Shown piece by piece: positions 1-8,516 of a DNA stretch of 64,000 nt. A program made the position numbers and the translations under genes. The DNA comes from Dehalococcoidia bacterium (GTDB lineage Bacteria > Chloroflexota > Dehalococcoidia > Lucifugimonadales > UBA3495). The stretch is taken from contig OZ241860.1 of the NCBI GenBank assembly GCA_965203195.1, positions 1,794,334-1,858,333 on the forward strand. Direction: 5' to 3'. Every line of letters starts with the position of its first letter. The stretch's first letter is position 1. The notes under the pieces were generated by a model, which worked only from the letters and a program-made list of their open reading frames with translations, had not been told where the DNA came from and ran no database searches.

Positions 1-1
1 T

Positions 2-79
2 CTGGACACCTACGCCACGGTCAAGGCCGGCGCCGTGGCCTGGCGCGAGGGGCGCCTGACGCAGCTGGGCGAATGCTAG
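2..79 (+). CDS. 3' end of a gene entering from outside the window (product unknown)
   Basis: Frame open from the window edge to TAG at 77-79 with strong GC3 bias (ctg gac acc tac gcc acg gtc aag ...). Only 25 codons are visible. Confidence 0.3.
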   Translation: MDTYATVKAGAVAWREGRLTQLGEC

Positions 80-179
80 GCCGGCCGCGCGCCGTCAAAA
101 CACCCGCCACCAAAACAACCGCCATTGCCATTGCACCCGCCGTTATTTTCAACCCACCGCACACCGGAGTACAGCCCAT

Positions 180-983
180 ATGACCGACTATTCCTCCTAC
201 CAACACCTGCTTGTTGAGAAAGCCGACGGCGTGGTCAACCTGACGATGAACCGCCCCGAAACCCTCAACTCCACCAACTTTCGGCTGCACGGCGAGTTGA
301 GCCGCATCTGGCGGGACATCGCCGCCGACCCGGAGGCGCGGGTGGCCGTCATCACCGGCGCCGGCGAAGCCTTCTCCGCCGGCGGCGATTTTGAGATGAT
401 CCAGCAGGCCATCGACAACCCCGCCATCGTGGCGCAAAACACGCAGGAAGCCGCCGACATCGTCTATAACATCCTCAACCTGGACAAGCCGGTCATCGCC
501 GCCATCAACGGCGTGGCGGTGGGCGCCGGGCTGGCGGTGGCCCTGATGGCCGACATTTCCATCGCCGCCGAGGATGCCCGCATCACCGACGGCCATATCC
601 GGCTGGGGGTAGCCGCCGGCGACCACGCCGCCATCATCTGGCCGCTGCTCTGCGGCATGGCCAAGGCCAAGTATTACCTGCTGACCTGCGACTTTCTGGA
701 CGGCAAGGAGGCGGAACGCATCGGCCTGGTCAGTATGTCGGTGCCCCGGGCGGAGCTGATGGACACGGCGCAGCGCATCGCCCGCCGCCTGGCCGACGGC
801 CCCCAGCCGGCCATCCGCTACACCAAGCGCGCCCTCAACCAGTGGCTGCGGCAGGCGGGCCACACCGCCTTTGACTACTCCCTGCTGGCGGAGGCGCTGG
901 GCTTCTTTGGCGCGGACGTCAAAGAGGGTCTGGCCGCCCTGCAAGAACGCCGCCGCCCCCAATACCCGTCGGCCACGGCGTAG
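180..983 (+). CDS. enoyl-CoA hydratase/isomerase (crotonase) family protein
   Basis: 267-aa ORF. Crotonase-type N-terminus '[14 protein letters not shown]', oxyanion-hole region '[15 protein letters not shown]' and '[24 protein letters not shown]'. Confidence 0.85.
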   Translation: MTDYSSYQHLLVEKADGVVNLTMNRPETLNSTNFRLHGELSRIWRDIAADPEARVAVITGAGEAFSAGGDFEMIQQAIDNPAIVAQNTQEAADIVYNILNLDKPVIAAINGVAVGAGLAVALMADISIAAEDARITDGHIRLGVAAGDHAAIIWPLLCGMAKAKYYLLTCDFLDGKEAERIGLVSMSVPRAELMDTAQRIARRLADGPQPAIRYTKRALNQWLRQAGHTAFDYSLLAEALGFFGADVKEGLAALQERRRPQYPSATA

Positions 984-1046
984 CCCAACGCCCGCAATCC
1001 GACTCCCCTGCCACCGGAAAAGCGCGCCAGATGAACGAGGTTTGCT

Positions 1047-1427
1047 ATGGGAACTTTCAGCTATCCCCTGGAAGTAATAGCGGCGGACGGCAGCCGCTCC
1101 GCTACCGTGTCCACGCTGGTGGACACCGGCAGCACCTACACCTGCCTGCCGGCATCGTTGCTGCGGGAGCTGGGCATTGTCCCCTACCGGCGCATCCGGT
1201 CGGAGCTGGCCGACGGCAGCATAGTTGAGGATGACCTGGGGATAGTGAGTGTCCGGGTGCAGGGCGTCTATACGCCGACGCTGGCCATCTTTGCCGCGGA
1301 GGGCGCGCCGGCCTTGCTGGGCGCCTACACGCTGGAGGGCGCGCTGCTGGTCGTGGACCCGGTGCGGCAGCGCTTGCGCCCGACCCACGCGCTGCGGTAT
1401 CGTCGTTCCAATGACAACAACGACTAA
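1047..1427 (+). CDS. retropepsin-like (clan AA) single-lobe aspartic protease, type A
   Basis: 126 aa with catalytic-type 'LVDTGSTYTCLP' (D-T-G) and C-terminal 'LLGAYTLEGALLVVDP' typical of small bacterial or archaeal retropepsin-like proteins. Confidence 0.6.
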   Translation: MGTFSYPLEVIAADGSRSATVSTLVDTGSTYTCLPASLLRELGIVPYRRIRSELADGSIVEDDLGIVSVRVQGVYTPTLAIFAAEGAPALLGAYTLEGALLVVDPVRQRLRPTHALRYRRSNDNND

Positions 1428-1451
1428 CAACAATGACACGGAGGGTTCAGT

Positions 1452-1838
1452 ATGTCCCTATTCCAGGTAGATGTCGGCGTGGGCAACCTCGAGGGCGGCG
1501 ACCTGGCCCCGGTGCGGGCTGTGGTGGACACCGGAGCGGCGCACTCAATGCTGCCCGCCTCGCTGATGGCGCAGCTGCGGATCCAGCCGGATCAGGAGCT
1601 GGGCTTTATTCTGGCCGACGGCAGCCGGGTGCGCTACGGCTACGGGCTCGCCCGGTTCAGCATTGAGGGCCATGAACGCCCGGCGCCGGTCATCTTTGGG
1701 CCGGAGGACAACTGCCTGCTGGGTGCCTCCACCCTGGAGATTTTCAACCTGCTGGTGGACCCGGCCGGGGAACGCCTGTTGCCGGCCGAATGGGTGCCGC
1801 TGGGTTGGGGCGGCCCCCGGCGCGTGGCCGGGCTATAA
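1452..1838 (+). CDS. retropepsin-like (clan AA) single-lobe aspartic protease, type B, copy 1
   Basis: 128 aa with 'VVDTGAAHSMLP' and 'LLGASTLEIFNLLVDP'. An RBS-like 'ggaggg' lies upstream. It is a near-identical paralog of 2036-2422. Confidence 0.6.
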   Translation: MSLFQVDVGVGNLEGGDLAPVRAVVDTGAAHSMLPASLMAQLRIQPDQELGFILADGSRVRYGYGLARFSIEGHERPAPVIFGPEDNCLLGASTLEIFNLLVDPAGERLLPAEWVPLGWGGPRRVAGL

Positions 1839-1930
1839 TTATGGCAACCGCATCGGCATTGGCACCGGAAGCAACGCCGGTGCCAATCATCGACATGGCG
1901 CAATCGGCCGTCCTTGCGGGCGACGGCCGC

Positions 1931-2011
1931 GCGCTGCTGGTCGTTGACCCGGTGCGGCAGCGTTTGCGCCCGACCCACGCGCTGCGGTATCGTCATTCCA
2001 ACGACAACTAA
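1931..2011 (+). pseudogene. remnant 3' end of a type-A retropepsin-like gene, carried in repeat unit 2
   Basis: Encodes 'ALLVVDPVRQRLRPTHALRYRHSNDN*', nearly identical to the C-terminus of 1047-1427, but has no DTG-bearing body upstream. Confidence 0.5.
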
Positions 2012-2035
2012 CAACAATGACACGGAGGATTCAGT

Positions 2036-2422
2036 ATGTCTCTGTTCCAGGTAGATGTCGGCGTGGGCAACCTCGAGGGCGGCGACCTAGCCCCGGTGCG
2101 GCCCGTGGTGGACACCGGAGCGGCCCACTCGATGCTGCCCGCCTCGCTGATGGAGCACTTGCGGATCCGGCCGCACCGGGAGGTGGGCTTTATTCTGGCC
2201 GACGGCAGCCAGGTGCGCTACGACTACGGCTTCGCCCGGTTCAGCATTGACGGCGACGAAGGCCCGGCGCCGGTCATCTTTGGGCCGGAGGACAACTGCC
2301 TGCTGGGCGCCTCCACCCTGGAGGCTTTCAACCTGCTGGTGGATCCGGCCGGGGAAAGGCTGTTGCCGGCCGAATTGGTGCCGCTGGGCTGGGGCGGCCC
2401 CCGGCGCGCGGCCGGACTATGA
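2036..2422 (+). CDS. retropepsin-like (clan AA) single-lobe aspartic protease, type B, copy 2
   Basis: 128 aa, 'VVDTGAAHSMLP'. Collinear with 1452-1838, with scattered substitutions. Confidence 0.6.
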   Translation: MSLFQVDVGVGNLEGGDLAPVRPVVDTGAAHSMLPASLMEHLRIRPHREVGFILADGSQVRYDYGFARFSIDGDEGPAPVIFGPEDNCLLGASTLEAFNLLVDPAGERLLPAELVPLGWGGPRRAAGL

Positions 2423-2613
2423 TTATGGCAACCGATACCGCATCGGCATTGGCGTTGGTACCGGAAGCAACGCCGGCGCCGGGGATACCGGCACCAATCA
2501 TCGACGTGGCGCAATCGGCCGTCTTTGCGGGGGACTGCCGCGCGCTGCTGGTCGTGGACCCGGTATAGGGTTACTCAAAACTCGGGACGGCCCGGAGCGC
2601 GTTGCGAATTCCG

Positions 2614-3423
2614 TCACTTTCGTGAGCGATTTCCGCAGTGAACCCCCGGCGCGAATTTCGGCCGCGCCGCGCCGGAAATGGTGTACATTGCGCCCCGTCC
2701 GCCACAGAGCCGGTAGCCATGCGCGGCGGCGGTTTCAGGGCGGCAATTTCGCAGGCGAGGATATGGAAACGATGAAAACGATGGTCTTGGCATTGGGCTT
2801 GGCCGCGGTTCTGGCGGCCGTGGTCGGGTTAAGTTTGGCGCTGTCCCCAAGTGGGATGCCGGCGCAAGCGCAGGGACAGGCCAGCCCGGCGGCGCCGGCC
2901 AACGTCCGGTCGGAGAATGGCTCCGCCGTCGGGCAGGCGGTGGTGAGGTGGGATGCGGTGGCGGACGCGGCGTATTACCGCATCGGCTGAGCAGTTCGTT
3001 GGGCGGGACACCGGAGGTGTCGGCTTCGTCGAAAATGTCGAAAACGTCGGTGCTTTCCAGGAAGCGGGGCCGGCGCAGGTTGGCCAGGTCGCAGATGCGG
3101 CCGACCATCTTGCGTGCGTCGGTGATGGTGGCTTTGGCCCTCAGTTCGTCCTGCCCGGTTTTGAGTTCGGCGATGTCGGCGTCGTGACGGGCTTGCCCGG
3201 CCTGAAGGTCGGCGAGGATACGGTTGGTCTGGACCATGTATTCCTCGACCGTAGCGGCCAGTTGCCGGAAGGCGGCCGGCAGCTGCCGGAGTTCCTCGTC
3301 CAGCACGTGCTGGCGTACTGCTTTGGCGATGGCAGGGTCGTGCGCCATCGCGCGCAGGATGTCGGCTATGGTGTGCACCGGCGTCTGCTCGGCAGACGCC
3401 GGTATGCTGGCTGGCGTGGTCAT
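2614..3423 (-). CDS. coiled-coil protein, paralog of 43456-44196; distal part probably not native (truncated or fused reading)
   Basis: The N-terminal ~140 aa ('ILRAMAHDPAIAKAVRQHVLDEELRQLPAAFRQLA...') parallel 43456-44196. Beyond ~2990 the reading becomes a Pro/Arg-rich shadow of the opposite-strand fragment. Confidence 0.45.
   Translation of the reverse strand: MTTPASIPASAEQTPVHTIADILRAMAHDPAIAKAVRQHVLDEELRQLPAAFRQLAATVEEYMVQTNRILADLQAGQARHDADIAELKTGQDELRAKATITDARKMVGRICDLANLRRPRFLESTDVFDIFDEADTSGVPPNELLSRCGNTPRPPPHPTSPPPARRRSHSPTGRWPAPPGWPVPALAPASHLGTAPNLTRPRPPEPRPSPMPRPSFSSFPYPRLRNCRPETAAAHGYRLCGGRGAMYTISGAARPKFAPGVHCGNRSRK
2763..2990 (+). pseudogene. truncated secreted protein (signal peptide plus the start of an FN3-like module)
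   Basis: ATG at 2763 gives 'METMKTMVLALGLAAVLAAVVGLSLALS', then 'APANVRSENGSAVGQAVVRWDAVADAAYYRIG*'. The ORF stops abruptly just after an FN3-type 'W.AV..A..YRI' strand. Confidence 0.4.
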
Positions 3424-3528
3424 GGGGTGCTCCCGGTCGGGTCGGGCTATTGTATCACTCCCACAGGCCCCGGCGGTAGCGGCGACCCGATGGCAGAATG
3501 ACGCTGCCGCTCGGTTGGGTGCTACGGG

Positions 3529-4563
3529 TTACGCCAACGGTAGGTAGGGCAGAGCGTTGTCAGCCAGGAAAGTGTCGGCTATGCTGGCACCGTAGGTTGA
3601 GAGAGCTTGCTTGGCTTCACTGGGCAGAGAAGCGGATGCTTTGCGCCAGTCGTCGAGGCCGATGCGGCTGCCGGCTTCGGACGGTTCAATCCGGGTGATT
3701 TTGTCGCGTCCGATGAGCAGGCTGGCCTGTCCGATGGCATTCTGGGATTGAAAGTGCATGGCGGCAAAAATGACGTCCCACCAGAAGATGGCGCCGCCCA
3801 ACGTAGCTTGCCACGGCCGTATGGCGTATGGCGTTTCACCGCATCCTATGCTTAGGATGGAGATGTCCGCCCGGCGGGTACTGAAGGCGGACAGCGCTTC
3901 AACCAACCCGATCATTATCGGGTTGTTGGCCCAGACGCCGCCATCGGCGAAAATGTAGCCGTCGCGCCGCAGGGGTTTGAAATAAGTTGGCGCCGCAGAG
4001 GTAGCCGCGGCTACCTTCGTCATCGGCTCATCGCCGTCGCGCCTATAATCCGGGTGGTGCGGCGTTTTGAACACGTAAACGTCGCTATGGCGCCCGTCCA
4101 GCGAAGGTATGCATAGGCGACAGCGTGCGTCGCGCAGTTGGCGGTCGCCCAGAACGCCGGCCAGAATTCTGTCCAGGGGGCGCCTTTTGTAGGGGGCATG
4201 GAAGTAACGGCCTATTTTGCGCAGTTTCCGGAAGCGAGGTGGGAAAATCTCCCCGCCCTGGCTCTGGTACAAGGAGAGGAGGTCGGCAGCCGGTACGCCA
4301 GCCGCCAAACCCAAGGCGATGATGCCTCCGGTGGATGTGCCCACTACGAGGTCGAAGTAGTCGGCAACCGACGCGCCGGCCAAGCAATGCCGTTCCAGCC
4401 CGGCCAAAATCGCCGCTGTGAAAATGCCCCTGATACCGCCTCCATCCAGGGACAGAATGTGAAACGGCCGGCCGGGTGGCCATTCGTTTCTCTGGCGACG
4501 GTGTTGCAAGATGCCCGCCCTGCGCGGGGGCGGATCGGGTATAGCATTCATCCGCAGGTCCAT
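3529..4563 (-). CDS. patatin-like phospholipase (candidate CBASS effector, CapV/CapE-like)
   Basis: 'LDGGGIRG' oxyanion motif, 'GTSTGG' (GxSxG nucleophile) and 'ADGGVWANNP' (catalytic Asp). An alternative start at 4551 forms an ATGA overlap with the upstream gene. Confidence 0.8.
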   Translation of the reverse strand: MDLRMNAIPDPPPRRAGILQHRRQRNEWPPGRPFHILSLDGGGIRGIFTAAILAGLERHCLAGASVADYFDLVVGTSTGGIIALGLAAGVPAADLLSLYQSQGGEIFPPRFRKLRKIGRYFHAPYKRRPLDRILAGVLGDRQLRDARCRLCIPSLDGRHSDVYVFKTPHHPDYRRDGDEPMTKVAAATSAAPTYFKPLRRDGYIFADGGVWANNPIMIGLVEALSAFSTRRADISILSIGCGETPYAIRPWQATLGGAIFWWDVIFAAMHFQSQNAIGQASLLIGRDKITRIEPSEAGSRIGLDDWRKASASLPSEAKQALSTYGASIADTFLADNALPYLPLA

Positions 4564-4976
4564 TCTCCAATCGTGTGCCAGATTTCATAGCACAAGAGCC
4601 ATTCGCTGACCCACGGCACCATGTCGGCGATGGGGATGCCGGGGTGCCATTCGCCATTGCTGGCGTCGAACAGGCAGAGCGAGCGCAACCCCGGGCGTTC
4701 TGCGTATTCCAGGTGCGGAATAGGCTCGTTCGGCGCTTCGGGACGGCGGATAGGTGCTGGACACAGGATCTCCGCCTCAGGGCGTGTCACTATCGTGGTT
4801 ACGCCGCTTGGAACGGGACCTATGCGGCAGGAAATGCGAATGCGGTATCGCTTCCCGGCAGGGGTGATACAGCCTTCCCAAATGACCCGGTCGCCTTTCC
4901 GGGTCAAATTCAGGTCAGGGTATCTTCTGCGCATCCCTCGGGTGTGCTCTTGCATGGACAGCGGTGTTTCACGCAT
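4548..4976 (-). CDS. small E2/UBC-like protein (candidate E2-only Cap2-like accessory)
   Basis: 142 aa. 'IPHLEYAERPGLRSLCLFDASNGEWHPGIPIADMVPW' resembles the UBC 'HPN...G.ICL......W.P' flap with a Cys. It overlaps both neighbours. The call rests on this motif only. Confidence 0.4.
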   Translation of the reverse strand: MRETPLSMQEHTRGMRRRYPDLNLTRKGDRVIWEGCITPAGKRYRIRISCRIGPVPSGVTTIVTRPEAEILCPAPIRRPEAPNEPIPHLEYAERPGLRSLCLFDASNGEWHPGIPIADMVPWVSEWLLCYEIWHTIGEWTCG

Positions 4977-6201
4977 CTGATGGCCTGTGGAACTGGTGCC
5001 GGCGCGTGGACCGGGTGTTGCGAGGCCGCTGGGCAGTTGCGCCCGCCGGAATCACTACACTGGCCGTGCGATCGCGGTGTTCGGTCCGCCCCGATTTGAT
5101 TGCTTCGCCCAAGCGCTCGCCGTACCGTTTCAGAGCGTCTCTGGTGGGGTATTCACCAAACAGTTTGGCGAGGATTTTCCGCGTTTCGGCGGTGTCGGCG
5201 CCGGAGCGGATTTTCCGTACGTCGTCGGCGAAAGCGCGGATGTTGCTGACGAAGGTGCGCGCTTCCCGGCTGTCGACCGTCCAACGGTCGGTCAGGACAT
5301 CCTCATCGCATACCGGGTTGGTGATCGGTTGACGGTTGGCGATGTGCCGTTCGATAAATGTGGCGACCTTGCGAGTGGACGCTTCCAAGTCTGCGGACAG
5401 CGGCAGATTGGGATTCGATACCTCGGCCACAATGCGGGACAGCAGCACGGACGGCGGGCCGTTGTCCGTGCTGGACTGGTACTGGACATTGCGCCACTGC
5501 TTGATGAGCTGGAGCACAACCGTGGATTGCGATTTGTTCTCCACAACCTCGTGTTCCGGGACCGGCTCCTGGTCGGCAGCCATCTCGACTTGGTGCCGGT
5601 CGTAGTGCATGGCCAGCGACTTGAAGGCGGCCGCAAAGGGGTCGTCCTCCGTTTGGGTTTGCTTGTTGTACCATTCGGCGAGGCCGTGGGGGTTGGCAGT
5701 GAACCTCCGGTTTACGTGAGGCGTCTCCCTGCGGTTTTCGTATAGCCAGCTCTCCTTTTCCGGGGTTCCGGGTTTTCGGACCATGGGCGACAGGTCGAGG
5801 TGCATATCGGCGTACTCAATGGTGACGCAGCGGCTGCGGCGACGGGTCATGCCGAAATACCGGCTGCCCGTCGTGCCTTTGACGGCTTTGTACAGGGTGT
5901 CAAGCACGACTTTGGCCGGAGTTTCGCTCGGGATTTCCAACTCTACGACAACGTCGATGTCGTACCGGTCCTCGCTGTCGCGGGACAGGATGGTCGCGCC
6001 TATGGCCATGGACCCCTGTGGGTAAAGCAAACTGACGCGTCCCTGCAAGGGGCTGTCATCGCGTTCCAGCCACTCGGCTACCGTTCCGTAGCGCTGGGTG
6101 GCCTGATGATGCCGGGTAGGGCTGAGTTGAATCCGCGCGGCGATTTCGGCGAGCAGTTGGTCGGTCTGCCCCGTGAGGGGTTGGGCGCGTGGGGCAGGCA
6201 T
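4969..6201 (-). CDS. SMODS/CD-NTase-like nucleotidyltransferase (candidate CBASS cyclase)
   Basis: Pol-beta NTase signature 'QGSMAIGATILSRDSEDRYDIDVVVE' (GS...DxD) and a third acidic strand 'MHLDLSPMV'. A strong RBS 'aaggagg' lies upstream of the ATG at 6201. Confidence 0.65.
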   Translation of the reverse strand: MPAPRAQPLTGQTDQLLAEIAARIQLSPTRHHQATQRYGTVAEWLERDDSPLQGRVSLLYPQGSMAIGATILSRDSEDRYDIDVVVELEIPSETPAKVVLDTLYKAVKGTTGSRYFGMTRRRSRCVTIEYADMHLDLSPMVRKPGTPEKESWLYENRRETPHVNRRFTANPHGLAEWYNKQTQTEDDPFAAAFKSLAMHYDRHQVEMAADQEPVPEHEVVENKSQSTVVLQLIKQWRNVQYQSSTDNGPPSVLLSRIVAEVSNPNLPLSADLEASTRKVATFIERHIANRQPITNPVCDEDVLTDRWTVDSREARTFVSNIRAFADDVRKIRSGADTAETRKILAKLFGEYPTRDALKRYGERLGEAIKSGRTEHRDRTASVVIPAGATAQRPRNTRSTRRHQFHRPSDA

Positions 6202-6384
6202 TGAAGCCTCCTTGATTGTCTTGGCTTATTCCGATTGCGCGGCTTCGTAAGGGGAGGGAGGAATTTGGTGTCGTTCAGTGGCTTTGGCCAGCAGGCTGGC
6301 GCGTCCAGGGGGGCCCTGTAATGGGCTTCCGTTGAATTGCACGAGAGGTGCGCCTAGCGCGGGCGAGCGTTCGGCTGAGTACCG

Positions 6385-6858
6385 CTACCGGGTTCTGATT
6401 AGTAGTTTGATGGCCAGCTGTTTCCTTTCGTCAGGGGTGGCTTGGTTGAATTGGATGATCGCTGCTTCGGCCCGTAGGATCCACGTATCCGTTTCCGACG
6501 TGGTGAAATCCTTGTCGGGCGCATAATCGGCCAAATGCCGTTGGCTTTGCAGTTCCGAGAACGTGTCGGCAAAACGCCGGATTTGAGGCGGCAGCTGCCG
6601 TTTATTCTCGTTCATCCTGTTTTTGGCCGGCTGGTGGTCGATAGCCCGGTAAACGTGAACCCAGGCGGGTTCGTTGTTCTGGTTGCGGGGACCGGCCAGA
6701 CATTCGGCATTGCTGTGGGCCAAGGTGTGAAACATGGCGTAGTACGCGGTGCTGACGGCCCGCTTGAGTGCGGCTTGCGTGGGCTGTCTGTTGCCATCCG
6801 GGGTAGCCAGCCTGCGTGCGGCGGCGATCAGGTCTTCCCAGTTCACTGGTTTTTTCAC
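6385..6858 (-). CDS. HEPN-domain protein
   Basis: 157 aa with 'LKRAVSTAYYAMFHTLAHS' and 'QSQRHLADY', the classical HEPN helix pattern and R..ADY motif. Confidence 0.55.
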   Translation of the reverse strand: MKKPVNWEDLIAAARRLATPDGNRQPTQAALKRAVSTAYYAMFHTLAHSNAECLAGPRNQNNEPAWVHVYRAIDHQPAKNRMNENKRQLPPQIRRFADTFSELQSQRHLADYAPDKDFTTSETDTWILRAEAAIIQFNQATPDERKQLAIKLLIRTR

Positions 6859-6868
6859 CTCTTGGTAG

Positions 6869-7171
6869 CTAGCGTTGGCGGGCCTGCTCCCATTCGTGGT
6901 TCGGTATGTAGCCGATGGATGGCGCGTGGTCTACGCCGTTGTCCAGGAGCTGCGGGCTGATGTTGTGATAAACGGCGTTCAGCACCTCGGGGTTGAGTGC
7001 CTCGCGTTGGCCTTCGTAGATGACGGATACGTCCAGGAACTCCTCATCGTCTTGGCCGAACCGGGGGGATGACAGGACTTTGACGATACGCACTTGGCCG
7101 GTCAGTTCTTCGTTCAGGTAAGACCTGATGATGTCCTCGGCGGCGCTTTGTGCCGTGGGGCTGATTGGCAT
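6869..7171 (-). CDS. small protein upstream of the HEPN gene (possible degenerate MNT-like partner)
   Basis: ATG at 7171 preceded by 'aggagg'; 100 aa; 10-nt gap to the HEPN gene. 'VKVLSSPRFGQDDEEFLDVSVIYEG' loosely resembles a degraded 'GS...DxD' strand-turn. Confidence 0.4.
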   Translation of the reverse strand: MPISPTAQSAAEDIIRSYLNEELTGQVRIVKVLSSPRFGQDDEEFLDVSVIYEGQREALNPEVLNAVYHNISPQLLDNGVDHAPSIGYIPNHEWEQARQR

Positions 7172-7433
7172 ACTGCCTCCTGGTTTGTCGGGGGTGCTTC
7201 CTCCGATCTCTGGTGGTGGATGAATTGGCCCTGCGTCCGGGGGAATGCACAGGGATATGCTGGTGCGTGACTTGGCCGGCGGGGAGCCGTGGCCTTGATG
7301 GCCGGATGGCAAGCGGTGTTTGGTGGCAGTAGTGGGCCAGCCTGTGGCGGCGTGGTGTTGCGTTGGCGCGCCGGTGCGGGTTGCGGAAAAGGTACGCTTT
7401 CGGCAATCAGCTGTCAAGTCGGGGTAGCGTTTC

Positions 7434-8516
7434 GGTAGCGTTTCGTTTTAGGTGGTTTGGTTGATCAGGCCCTGCTCTTGCAGCAACGCCAGCAGGTTGT
7501 GCGCCGTCCACACCGTCCCCAACTTCTCCCGCCGCCGCAACTCCCGATTGTGCCGCTCCAAGCGCGACGTCGTCCGATGCGCCGCCTGCCCCGTCGCCAG
7601 ATGGCGCAGCCCTTTGGACAACGCTTTCTCGCACCAGTAACGCGCTACCCCATCCGTCGCCCGCATAATTCGCCGCGCCCATGCCCGACCTTCCGCCAGA
7701 CTGCCCGCATTCAACAACCGCCGCGCCGCCGCAAAACCCGCTACCCCAATGTTCCGCCGATACTCTCGCAGCAGGTGAAACGCGCACAGCTGATGCGGCG
7801 CTTCCACGCCATAAACCAGCTCAATCCCCGCCGCGATGGCCCCATCCCCATCGCTGACCAAATGCTGCGGATGCTGCGCCCCCTGCTGCCAGGCCAAGTC
7901 AATCACCTCGGCCCAAGGGCCAAAAGCCCACAGGGCTGTTCCCGCAGCAGCGTTGCGGATTACCTTCAATTCAGTACGTCCGCTACGGGTTCGCGTCCAC
8001 AGGCCATCCAGTTCCAGCGTTCCGTCCGGCGGCAATTGCGGCGCCGTCAAAGGCGCCTTCCGCAGCCACTGGCAAACCGTACTCTTGACGCAGCCCACCC
8101 AGTTTCCGGCGCGAGCGTAGCTCAATCCCCGCGCGGCCAGACTGATGGCGATGTCACGGTTTTTTTGGAAAACCGCTGGTGGCGCATTTCATCGCCCAGC
8201 AGCGTCATGCCGCCGGCCATACGCCGACACTGCCCGCAGCGGAACACCGGGATTTGCAGGCGGACTTCGCCGTAACTGGTGGCAATGGCGCGGGCATAAC
8301 GGTGGTGGCGATGCATGGCCAAACGGCAATGGTCGCAAAGGGGCTGGTAATCGTCCAGGGCTTGTTGGAGGGCGGTTTGGAGTTGGGCGGGGATTTGGCG
8401 TTCCAGTTGGGTTTCCAAGTGGTCCAGCAGTCCCATAGCGGCGTATCTCCGGCGGGGGCGGGGCGGGCATTGTACCTCCCATTTTATAACCAAACCACCT
8501 AAAACGAAACGCTACC
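7434..8516 (-). mobile_element. compact IS element (IS1-like organisation), apparently intact
   Basis: Perfect 27-bp terminal inverted repeats: 'ggtagcgtttcgttttaggtggtttgg' at 7434-7460 and its reverse complement at 8490-8516. It is flanked by a 9-bp direct repeat 'tagcgtttc' (7425-7433 and 8517-8525). Confidence 0.8.
7448..8493 (-). CDS. IS transposase, two frames joined by a putative programmed -1 frameshift
   Basis: OrfA (8493->8122) has a CxxC...CxxC zinc finger ('CDHC...CGQC') and contains the slippery run A7 ('tcc aaa aaa acc', 8160-8166). OrfB (8125->7448) lies in the -1 frame and carries 'HRTTSRLERHNRELRRREK'. Confidence 0.7.

Larger units (their letters stand above)
1341..2566 (+). 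repeat. tandem direct duplication: 590-nt unit, 611-nt unit and a ~25-nt third stub
   Basis: 'gcgctgctggtcgtggacccggtgcggcag' recurs at 1341, 1931 and 2542. Each unit carries the 3' tail of a type-A protease gene, a spacer and a whole type-B gene. Confidence 0.9.

Noticed and set aside
21-1439. Very long ORFs antisense to, or out of frame with, recognisable genes. Examples are 21-1439(-), 14231-16114(+), 17447-20455(+), 23693-24787(-), 24773-26470(+), 27208-28530(-), 28831-30003(-), 37825-39699(-), 40882-42189(+), 45569-46909(+), 55830-57590(+), 57627-59153(+) and 63152-63937(-).
   Set aside because: These are typical high-GC shadow ORFs. Their translations are Arg/Gly/Pro/Ala-rich low-complexity strings with no motifs, and each overlaps an opposite-strand or other-frame gene that has clear family signatures and the expected GC3 bias.
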